Assembly (NCBI GenBank): GCA_964016885.1
Contig: OZ024741.1
Span: 100,750,001-100,814,000, forward strand
DNA from: Eledone cirrhosa
Taxonomy: Eukaryota
Direction: 5' to 3'
DNA length: 64,000 bases
Shown: piece by piece, positions 45,157 through 57,185 of the stretch
Position numbering within the stretch: the first letter of the stretch is position 1
Layout of the letters: every line of letters begins with the position of its first letter
Made by a program: the position numbers and the translations under genes
The notes under the pieces: model-generated
What the model saw: only the letters and a program-made list of their open reading frames with translations
Databases searched by the model: none
What the model was told of the DNA's origin: nothing

Positions 45157-45401
45157 TAGAAGCACTTAGGTAGGTAAACAAGAGTGTTAGGTTGGTTGAT
45201 CTGGTGGCAAATTCTTTATATGTTTGTTATATTCTGTGTGTGGAGATATGATATAAGCATTAAAAATAGTGCAAGCATTAAAGATATTAAAAATATTTTT
45301 AATGCTTATATCATTTCTCCACACACAGACTATAACAATCATATAAAGAATTTGCCACCAGATCAACCAACCTAACACTCTTGTTTACCTAAGTGCTTCT
45401 A
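45157..45401. repeat. Inverted repeat (~110-bp arms) at the centre of the 44735-45760 composite element
   Basis: 45157-45268 versus 45294-45401; mirror ORFs at 45184/45187 in the track. Confidence 0.9.
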
Positions 45402-45669
45402 CTACACGTAACTCTCTGCCACACTATATAAACAAGACGCACGTGCTTGCCACACATATAACATTTGCACTATATAACCGCTTATTTTCATGTTGTATTT
45501 TAACCTGTATTTTTGATTTTTGATTGTACCTTTTAATATGAATGTAATCTCTAAGTGTGTACTGCCACTCTAAATGCTGTAATGAATGTTGACCCACAAT
45601 ATTTGCATATGTATCTGTATGTCTCTTGGGTGAAAACGAGGTCATATAACTGTCCATTCATTAATAAAT

Positions 45670-45716
45670 TGCTCCGAAGAATCCAAACCTCGGTTTGGAA
45701 GAAACAGTTGTAAGCA
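45670..45716 (+). ncRNA. Hammerhead motif with U4C core substitution
   Basis: TGCT-CCGAAGA-A-TCCAAACC-TC-GGTTTGGA-A-GAAA-C-AGTT-G-TA-AGCA; 4-bp stem I, long stem II, GUA triplet. Confidence 0.65.
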
Positions 45717-45760
45717 CAAAAATGTTTTTGAACAGTTCTTTGATTCTTATATTTCATAAA

Positions 45761-46383
45761 CATCATCATCATCATCATCACCGTTTTACGTCCGTTCTTC
45801 AACGCTAGCATGGGTTAGACGGGTTGTCCTGTTGTGTGCAGTGTCTGGTCGGCTGACCATGCCTTGCTCATACAGGAACTGATCTGGCTTGATTTCTACA
45901 GCTGGATGCCCTTCCTAACACCAACCTCATTTACAGTGAGTGCTGGGTGCTTTTTCGTGGCGCCTACACGTCCACTTTACAGTGTGGGCTGGGTGCTTTT
46001 TTGCCGTGGCACCTCCACGACCACCTTGCGGTGGGGTGTGTGGGGGCATATTGTTTATATGCTTCAGCATGTACCCATGGGAGGTCAGGTGCTCTGTATT
46101 ACTGCGTGACGCCAGAAGTCACGGTCGTGTGTCATTGTCTTTGAGAGGTGTAATTGGGTAAGGTCGGCTTTTATCACCTCATCCCATGTCATCTTGGGTC
46201 TCCCCACTCTGCGGTTTCCATCAACTTCTAGTGCTCTGCACCTTTTTATGCAGCTGTCATCCTTCATACGCATCACATGTCCATACCAGCGCAACCGCCT
46301 CTCCTGCACACAGCATTTGATTCCTCTTATGCTCAGTCTCTCTCTCAATTCATTTATGCTTTGTCATTCACGTATCTTACGTG
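45761..46383 (-). mobile_element. RTE LINE 3' fragment (related subfamily)
   Basis: [22 protein letters not shown]...GRPKMTW plus 3' UTR with (GAT)n. Confidence 0.9.
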
Positions 46384-46525
46384 ATATATACATATATATA
46401 TATACATATATATATATACATATATATACATATATATATATATACATATATATATACATACATATATATATATATACATATATATATACATACATACATA
46501 TATATATACATATATATATACATAC

Positions 46526-46556
<31 letters not shown>

Positions 46557-46763
46557 CATATATATATACATACATATATATATATATACATACATATATA
46601 TATATATACATACATATATATATATATACATACATATATATATATACATACATATATATATATACATACATATATATACATATATATATATATATACATA
46701 CATATACATACATATATATATACATACATACATATATATATATACATACATATATATATACAC

Positions 46764-46794
<31 letters not shown>

Positions 46795-46798
46795 CACA

Positions 46799-46850
<52 letters not shown>

Positions 46851-46868
46851 CATATATATATACACATA

Positions 46869-46900
<32 letters not shown>

Positions 46901-47049
46901 CATATATACATATACATATACATATATATATATACATATATATATATACATATATATATATATACATATATATATATACATATATATACATATATATATA
47001 TATACATATATATATACATATATACATATATATATATACATATATATAC

Positions 47050-47080
<31 letters not shown>

Positions 47081-47102
47081 CATATATACATATATATATA
47101 TA

Positions 47103-47883
47103 CATCATCATCATCAACGTTTAACGTCCGTGTTCCACGCTTGCATGGGTTTGGACGGGGGTATTCCCACTTGAGGCAAGAGTGATCGTCTTGCTCGCAT
47201 AGGACTGTCTGGCAGGTTTTCTACAGTTGGATGCCCTTCCTAACACCAACCACATTTACAGTGTGGGACTGGGAGGTTTTTACCGTGTTGCCTACACGGC
47301 CACATTACAGCGTGGACTGTGTGTTTTTTTGTTGTGACACCTATACAATCTCATTTTTTCGGCCTGGATGTTGTGGCACCAACATAACTTTACATAGGCG
47401 GGGGTGGTGTGGATGGGGTGGGGGTGGTGGGACGGGGGTGTATTTTGTTATAGATGCCTACTGGCTGTAGTAGGTTTTACTATGTATTTAGGTAAGGCGG
47501 GTCTTCTCTATTACTGAGTACCGCCAAAGGTCTCGGTCCAGTGACATTGTCTTGGAGAGGTGTAAGTGTGTGAGATCGGAGTTTATCAGCTCGTCCCAGG
47601 ATTATCTAGGTCTGCCTATTCCGTGGCTACCGTCTATCTTTATTGCCCTGCACTTTGTTATACAGCTATCGACTTTCAGGCGCATCACGTGTCCGTACCA
47701 ACGTAGCCTTCTCTCGAGTAAACAACATCTGATCCCTCTTATTTCAATTTTTTCCTTAGTTCGTTTATGCTTTGCCGTTCACGTATATTACTATTACACA
47801 TCCAACGGAGCATGCAAGCTTCGTTCCTCTCTAGTCTGCATATATCCTCTGCGCACAATGCCCAGGTCTCACTGCCATGCAAC
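47103..47883 (-). mobile_element. RTE LINE 3' fragment, copy C
   Basis: [14 protein letters not shown]...; same 3' UTR and tail as A. Confidence 0.92.
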
Positions 47884-48088
47884 ATACATATATATATATA
47901 CATATATATACATATATATATATATATACATACATATATATATATACATACATACATATATATATATATACATACATATATACATACATATATATATATA
48001 CACATATATATATATACACATACATATATATATATATACATACATATATATATATACACATATATATATATACACATATATATATATA

Positions 48089-49786
48089 TCGGGTTTGTGT
48101 CAGGCAAAAGTACCACAGACGCTCTTTTCATAGTACGACAACTACAGGAGAAGTACCTAGCTAAAGGTAAACCCCTCTACTTAGCTTTTGTCGACTTGGA
48201 GAAAGCCTTCGACAGAGTCCCCCGCTCCATTATCTGGTGGGCTCTTAGAAAACTAGGCGTTGACGAATGGCTTGTGAGGGCTATACAAGCCATGTATAAA
48301 GAAACAGTCAGCAAGGTTAGAATTAACAACGAATATAGTGAAGAGTTTAGCGTAAAAGTTGGCGTCCATCAGGGCTCTGTTCTCAGCCCCCTACTATTTA
48401 TTATTGCCCTTCAGGCTATAACAGAGGAGTTCAAGACAGGCTGCCCATGGGAACTCCTATACGCAGACGACCTGACACTCATAGCGGAATCAATGGCCGA
48501 GCTAGAGAAGAAATTCCAAACATGGAAGCACGGCCTAGAGTCAAAAGGACTTAAAATTAACCTGGCTAAGACCAAAGTTCTAGTTTGTAGGAAAGAAAAC
48601 AAGGCGGCGGTCCCTTCTGGGAAATGGTCGTGCTCGGTGTGTAGGAAAGGCGTAGGTAGAAACTCCATTTTGTGTCCTAAATGCAAAGTATGGGTGCATA
48701 AAAGATGTAGTGGGATCACAGGTAAGCTAACTAAGAACATAGATTTTACATGTGGCCGGTTTCTGGTGCAATAAGTAGCAGCAAGTGCCCACAAAATACT
48801 AGCTCTTTCAATTGCGCAGAGGGTTCTATAGAAATAGTGGACAGCTTCCGTTACCTGGGCGATAAAATCAGCAGTGGGGGAGGGTGCTCTGAAAGTACTG
48901 TAGCTAGAGTCAGAACTGGTTGGAAAAAGTTCAGAGAGCTTATACCACTATTAGCTGCTAAAGGGTTCTCCCTAAAAATGAAAGGCAGGTTGTACGATGC
49001 CTGCATACGAACAGCAATGTTGCATGGCAGTGAGACCTGGGCATTGTGTGCAGAGGATATACGCAGACTAGAGAGGAACGAAGCTTGCATGCTCCGCTGG
49101 ATGTGTAACAGTAATATACGTGAACGGCAAAGCATAAACGAACTAAGGAAAAAATTAGAGATAAGAGGGATCAGATGTTGTTTACTCGAGAGAAGGCTAC
49201 GTTGGTATGGACACGTGATGCGCATGAAAGTCGATAGCTGTATAACAAAGTGCAGGGCAATAAAGATAGACGGTAGCCACGGAATAGGCAGACCTAGAAA
49301 AACCTGGGACGAGCTGATAAACTCCGACCTCACACACTTACACCTCTTCAAGACAATGTCACTGGACCGAGACCTTTGGCGGTACTCAGTAACAGAGAAG
49401 ACCCGCCTTGCCAGTAGGCATCTCTAACAAAATACACCCCGTCCCACCACCACCACCCCCACCCCATCCACACCACCCCGTCCTATGTAAAGTTATGTTG
49501 GTGCCGCGCCATCCGGGCCGAAACAAATGAGATCATGTAGGTGTCACGACAAAAAAACACACAGTCCACGCTGTAATGTGGTCGTGTAGGCAACACGGTA
49601 AAAACCTCCCAGACCCACACTGTAAATGTGGTTGGTGTTAGGAAGGGCATCCAACTATAGAAAACCTGCCAGACAGTCCTATGCGAGCAAGACAATCACT
49701 CTTGCCTCAAGTGGGACTACCCCCGTCCAAACCCATGCAAGCGTGGAACACGGACGTTAAACGTTGATGATGATGATGATGATGAT
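48089..49786 (+). mobile_element. RTE LINE, copy D (frameshift near 48757, short deletion at the ORF end)
   Basis: [13 protein letters not shown]...YADD...PHD-like finger...LRWYGHV; near-identical to A but inverted. Confidence 0.95.
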
Positions 49787-49851
49787 ATATACATATATAT
49801 ATATACACATATATATATATATATATATTATATATATACATATATATATAT

Positions 49852-49930
<79 letters not shown>

Positions 49931-49985
49931 TATATACACACATATATATATACACACATATATATATACACACACATATATATAT

Positions 49986-50020
<35 letters not shown>

Positions 50021-50069
50021 CATGTATATATATTATATATATATATATATATGTATGTATATATGTATG

Positions 50070-50100
<31 letters not shown>

Positions 50101-51116
50101 ATATATATGTATATATGTATAGGTTCTCCTACATGGATATAAAGTAGTGGCCGTACTCGAAAACGAGTTGGCAGCCACCATGTATATATATATATATATA
50201 TGTATATGTGTATGTATGTATGTATGTGTATATATATGTATATGTATGTGTATGTATGTATGTATTATGTATGTATGTGTGTATTATGTATATGTATGTG
50301 TATATATATGTATATGTATGTGTATGTATGTATGTATTATGTATGTATATGTGTATTATGTATATATATGTGTATATATATATATATGTATTGTGTATAT
50401 ATGTATGTATTGTGTATATATGTATGTATTGTGTATATGTATATATATATATATGTATGTATATGTATGTATATATATATGTATGTATATGTGTATGTAT
50501 GTATATGTATGTATGTGTATATGTATTGTGTGTGTGTATGTATATATATGTGTATGTATGTATGTATATGTATGTATATGTATATGTATGTATATGTATA
50601 TGTATGTATATATTTTTTTTTGTATGTATATATATATGTATATATATGTGTATGTGTGTATGTGTGTGTATATATGTGTATATGTGTATGTATGTATATA
50701 TATATATGTATATGTATATGTATATATATATGTATGTATGTGTGTATGTGTGTATATATATATGTATTATGTATATATATATGTATATATGTGTATTATG
50801 TATGTATGTGTATATATGTATGTGTATTGTGTATATATATGTATGTGTATTGTGTATATATATGTGTATATATATATGTATATATGTGTATTATGTATGT
50901 ATATGTGTATATATATATGTATATGTATATGTATGTATATATATGTATGTATGTATGTATGTGTGTATGTATGTATGTGTGTAGGTATATATGTATATAT
51001 ATATGTATGTATGTATATATGTATGTATGTGTGTATATGTATGTATGTATGTATGTATATGTGTATATGTGTATGTATATATATATGTATGTATATATAT
51101 ATGTATATATATATAT

Positions 51117-51723
51117 GTCAGGTCACCACTTGGTGCTACTGGTAACATGTATCCCAGTACAACCTGTCTCATGGTCGGGTCGTTGGCGACTAAACTGGCA
51201 ATCCCACCAAGGTTTCTTGGTGAGGAGGGTGACTTTGGACATCCTGCAGGACTAAAAACAAAACCTGTCAAAGGGCAAAGGAGCTCTTAAGAGTCAATGG
51301 CCATCCAAAATCACTGGGAGAGATGACCCCTTAGCCTTTGTCAAGGCAGAATTCTAGGAGAAGGAAAACTCTGATATAACACCTGCAACCCTGATGGTAT
51401 CCAATGATGTTGACTTGTTCTTCTTTTTGGTAAATATCATCTTGGTTAAGACAGTGGGACTGGCTTTGTGCAGTGCCTTTGCTCACTATAAAAGCTTCAC
51501 GGCACAGGCATTGCTTTATATCTGGAGATCTCTCTGCACTTGTCGTCACATGGTACCAACTGCAAAGCACTGTGTCAATAATTGTCACAAGTGTAGTGTT
51601 TGTACTAGAGTTTTCAAGTCGCTGGCTGGACTAAAAAGTCACACTCGTTCAGCGCATCGGTAGGGGTTCTCCTACATGGATATAAAGTAGTGGCCGTACT
51701 CGAAAACGAGTTGGCAGCCACCA
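51117..51723 (+). mobile_element. Non-autonomous bipartite RTE derivative with a C2H2 finger remnant (copy 1; tail-only piece at 50120-50171)
   Basis: RTE-type 5' UTR motif GGAGAAGGAAAACTCTGA; 3' end [23 protein letters not shown]; flanked by (TATG)n. Confidence 0.7.
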
Positions 51724-51827
51724 TATATATATGTATGTATGTATATATATATGTATATATATATATGTATGTATGTATATATATATGTATGTATGTATAT
51801 ATATATATATGTATGTATGTATGTATG

Positions 51828-51894
<67 letters not shown>

Positions 51895-52223
51895 ATATAT
51901 ATATATGTATGTATGTATGTATATATATATGTATGTATGCATGTATATATATATATGTATATGTATGTATGTATGTATATATATATATGTGTATATGTAT
52001 GTATGTATGTATATATATGTATATGTATATGTATGTATGTATGTATATATATATATATGTATATATATGTATATATATATATATATGTATATGTGTGTAT
52101 GTATGTATATATATATATATGTATATATATGTATGTATATATATATATGTATATATATGTATATATATATATATGTATATATATGTATGTATGTATATAT
52201 ATATATGTATGTATGTATGTATA

Positions 52224-52256
<33 letters not shown>

Positions 52257-52287
52257 ATATATATATATGTATGTATGTATGTATATG

Positions 52288-52321
<34 letters not shown>

Positions 52322-52394
52322 TATGTATGTATGTATGTATGTATATATATATGTATGTATGTATGTATGTATATATATGTATGTATGTATGTAT

Positions 52395-52428
<34 letters not shown>

Positions 52429-52441
52429 ATGTATGTATATG

Positions 52442-52472
<31 letters not shown>

Positions 52473-52589
52473 GTATATATGTATGTATGTATATATATAT
52501 GTATATGTGTATATGTATGTATATATATATGTATATATATATATGTATGTATGTATATGTATGTATATATATATGTCTATATATATATG

Positions 52590-52621
<32 letters not shown>

Positions 52622-52765
52622 TGTATATATATATATGTATATATATATATGTATGTATGTATATATATGTATGTATGTATATATATATGTATATATATAT
52701 ATGTATGTATGTATATATATGTATGTATGTATATGTATGTATATATATATGTATATATATATATG

Positions 52766-52832
<67 letters not shown>

Positions 52833-52923
52833 GTATATATGTATGTATGTATATATGTATGTATATATATGTATGTATGTATATATGTATGTATGTATAT
52901 ATGTATGTATATATATATATTAT

Positions 52924-53532
52924 GTCAGGTCACCAGTTGGTGCTACTGGTAACATGTATCCCAGTACAACCTGTCTCATGGTCGGGTCGTTGGCGACTAA
53001 ACTGGCAACCCCACCAAGGTTTCTTGGTGAGGAGGGTGACTTTGGACATCCTGCAGGAATAAAAACAAAACCTGTCAAAGGGCAAAGGAGCTCTTAAGAG
53101 TCAATGGCCATCCAAAATCACCGGGAGAGATGACCCCTTAGCCTTTGTCAAGGCAGAATTCTAGGAGAAGGAAAACTCTGATATAACACCTGCAACCCTG
53201 ATGGTATCCAATGATGTTGACTTGTTCTTCTTTTTGGTAAATATCATCTTGGTTAAGAGAGTGGGACTGGCTTTGTGCAGTGCCTTTGCTCACTATAAAA
53301 GCTTCACAGCACAGGCATTGCTTTATATCTGGAGATCTCTCTGCACCTGTCGTCACATGGTACCATGGGCCCAGCACTATGTTTCAATAATTGTCACAAG
53401 TGTAGTGTTTGTACCAGAGTTTTCAAGTCGCTGGCTGGACTAAACAGTCACACTCGTTCAGCGCATCGGTAGGGGTTCTCCTACATGGATATAAAGTAGT
53501 GGCCGTACTCGAAAACGAGTTGGCAGCCACCA
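52924..53532 (+). mobile_element. Non-autonomous bipartite RTE derivative (copy 2, direct repeat)
   Basis: Near-identical to 51117-51723 with the same boundaries. Confidence 0.75.
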
Positions 53533-53552
53533 TATATGTATATATATATATA

Positions 53553-53585
<33 letters not shown>

Positions 53586-53604
53586 GTGTATATATATATA
53601 TGTA

Positions 53605-53716
<112 letters not shown>

Positions 53717-53810
53717 TATGTATGTATATATATATATGTATGTATATATATATATGTATGTATGTATATATATATATATATACACATATATACATACATA
53801 CATATATATA

Positions 53811-54152
53811 GGAGGCACATGGCTTAGTGGTTAGAGCATTGGCCTTGCAATCGAAAGGTTGTGAGTTCAATTCTCAGACCGGGTGATGTGTTGTTTCCTT
53901 GAGCAAGACACTTTATTTCACATTGCTCCAGTTTACTCAGCTGTAGAAATGAGATGATAGGGACTAGGGTCCCTATCATTCCACTGTAAAGTGGTCGTGG
54001 AGGTGCCACGGCATAAAAGCACCCAGCACTCACTGTAAATGAGGTTGGTGTTAGGAAGGGCATCCAGCTGTAGAAATCAAGCCAGCATCAGTTCCCGTCC
54101 CACCCTTGCAAGCAGGGAAAAGCGGACGTAAAATGAAATGATGATGATGATG

Positions 54153-54153
<1 letters not shown>
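53811..54153 (+). mobile_element. Full-length tRNA-derived SINE (family 1) with an RTE-like 3' tail
   Basis: GGAGGCACATGGCTTAGTGG (A box), GAGTTCAATTC (B box), tail GTTAGGAAGGGCATCCAGCTGTAGAAA...GGACGTAAAA-(TGA)n. Confidence 0.9.
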
Positions 54154-54228
<75 letters not shown>

Positions 54229-54235
54229 ATATATG

Positions 54236-54316
<81 letters not shown>

Positions 54317-54317
54317 A

Positions 54318-54369
<52 letters not shown>

Positions 54370-54375
54370 TATGTG

Positions 54376-54406
<31 letters not shown>

Positions 54407-54411
54407 GTGTG

Positions 54412-54442
<31 letters not shown>

Positions 54443-54447
54443 GTGTG

Positions 54448-54479
<32 letters not shown>

Positions 54480-54513
54480 TATATGTGTATATATATATGT
54501 ATATATATATATA

Positions 54514-54559
<46 letters not shown>

Positions 54560-54603
54560 CACACATATATATATATATATATATACATATATATATACAC
54601 ATA

Positions 54604-54635
<32 letters not shown>

Positions 54636-54640
54636 CACAC

Positions 54641-54671
<31 letters not shown>

Positions 54672-54676
54672 CACAC

Positions 54677-54707
<31 letters not shown>

Positions 54708-54713
54708 CACATA

Positions 54714-54763
<50 letters not shown>

Positions 54764-54764
54764 T

Positions 54765-54839
<75 letters not shown>

Positions 54840-54846
54840 CATATAT

Positions 54847-54959
<113 letters not shown>

Positions 54960-54999
54960 CATATATATATATACATACATATATATATATACATACATA

Positions 55000-55093
<94 letters not shown>

Positions 55094-55114
55094 CATATAT
55101 ACATATATATATAT

Positions 55115-55153
<39 letters not shown>

Positions 55154-55184
55154 TATATATATATATACATATATACATATATAT

Positions 55185-55223
<39 letters not shown>

Positions 55224-55299
55224 CATATATACATACATATATATATATATATATATAATATATATACATGATATATATATATATATATATATATAAACA

Positions 55300-55336
<37 letters not shown>

Positions 55337-55339
<3 letters not shown>

Positions 55340-56205
55340 GGTGTGGACGATATTTGTTCGCAATTTTTAACTGCTAATTTTATGCAAATTTTTTTTACTT
55401 CCGTTGTCACTCTTGTCTTCATAAAAAGAGTGACTATATTTCCATTATTTATTTTCAGAATAATTGACTATGAATAATTTTGAACCTCCAAATTTGTGGA
55501 ATCCACGCCGGGAGGACAAATAAGACCAGAAGATCAACTCCCAGAACAACAGGTGGCTCGCTGTCTCATCCAAAGACGTGCCCAGAGTCATGCAGACAAA
55601 GTTTCCAGCGACAACATTGGTGGTAGGTGTCGTCAGCAGTCAAGGTGACGTCATGCCACCTCACTTCTTCCCTGAGGGCCTCAAGCTGAACACCGATGGC
55701 TACATCCGCGTTCTGAGCGAGGTAGTAAAGCCCTGGATCGACCAGGTAGCTGCAGGTAGGCCGTATGTGTGGCAGCAAGACTCAGTGCCCTGCCATACCA
55801 GCCGAAAGACACAAGCCTGGCTGTCAGAGAACTTCGTCGACCACACTTCACCTGACATCTGGCCTCCCAGCTCGCCTGACTGCAACCCCCTCGACTTCTT
55901 TGTGTGGAGCGCAGTGGAACAAGACATCAACAGATCTAGCTGCAATACGAAAGACGATCTGAAGGCCAGGATCACAAGTGCCTTTAGGGGCCTAAGTCGG
56001 GGGACAGTGATAAAGGCCTGTAGCCGGTTCCGAAGCCGCCTTGAGGTCATCATCAAAGCCAATGGCGGCTTTATCGAGTGAGATCGAAAGAACAAATCAT
56101 GAAGACAAACTGACACAAGTTTGATAAATAAATCTTTAAAAATAAAACTACTGTGTTACTTTTTCCTAGACAGTAATCTTGCGAACAAATATCGTCCGCA
56201 TCCTG
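55337..56205 (+). mobile_element. Internally deleted Tc1/mariner of the maT (DD37D) type
   Basis: TA-flanked TIRs CAGGGTGTGGACGATATTTGTTCGCAA / TTGCGAACAAATATCGTCCGCATCCTG; ORF WQQD-x37-D (SPDCNPLD). Confidence 0.92.
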
Positions 56206-56307
56206 TATATATAGATAGATATACATATATATATATATTCATATATATATATGAATATATATATATAGATATACATATATATATACATTCATATATATAT
56301 ATATATG

Positions 56308-56342
<35 letters not shown>

Positions 56343-56379
56343 TCATATATATATATATTCATATATATATATGAATATA

Positions 56380-56916
56380 TATCATCATCATCATTTTACA
56401 TCCGCTTTTCCCTGCTTGCAAAGGTGGGACGGGTCTTATTCAGCACAGCATCTCTCCACTCGTCACGGTCCCTCGTCATCTCCACCATGAGCTTCAATGA
56501 TCTGAGGTCTGTTCTCACCACCTCCGCCCATGTTTTTCGTGGTCTACCTCTACCACGTCTTCCTTCAACTGGCATTTCCTGGCACTTCTTCACCCATCGG
56601 TCATCCTCCATGCGCATCACATGTCCATACCACATCAGTCTCCTCTCCCGTACACTACATTCTATCCCTCTCAGACACAGTTTCTCTCTCAACACATTTA
56701 TGCTGGGTCGTTCACGCACATTTACACTGCACATCCAACGGAGCATGCTTGCCTCATTTCTCTCCAGCCGTCGCATATCTTCTGCGGTTGCTGCCCATGT
56801 CTCACTACCATGCAGCATCGCGCTCCTTACACAGGCATCATACAACCGGCCTTTCGTACGCAGGGAGAAACCCTTCTTCGTCAACAGAGGAAGCAGCTCC
56901 CTAAACTTCTTCCAAA
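56380..56916 (-). mobile_element. RTE LINE 3' fragment (another subfamily)
   Basis: [20 protein letters not shown]...RRLMWYGHV...GRPRKTW; short tail then (GAT)n. Confidence 0.9.
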
Positions 56917-56962
56917 TATATATATATATATATATTCATATATATATATATATGAATATATA

Positions 56963-57160
56963 TATACATATTTCAGGGATACCAAATTAAATTTAATTTG
57001 GTATCCCTGAAATATGTATAATGAAATAGATATGGTTTTATAAATATAGTTTCCATTTATTAATATCGTATATCTACTCCAAATACTTGTCGAGTGCTTT
57101 ATATCAGTTATAAAAATATTTACTTGTTGTATCCCAACAATTTTAAATAGAACTTTTGCA
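56963..57160. mobile_element. Fold-back element, family C, second copy (58-bp perfect palindrome plus tail)
   Basis: Palindrome centred at 56991/56992; downstream sequence matches 44500-44650. Confidence 0.8.
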
Positions 57161-57185
57161 TATATAAATATATATATATATATAT

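Noticed and set aside
53811-53885. tRNA gene
   Set aside because: A/B boxes continue into a SINE body and tail present in several copies; no convincing cloverleaf.
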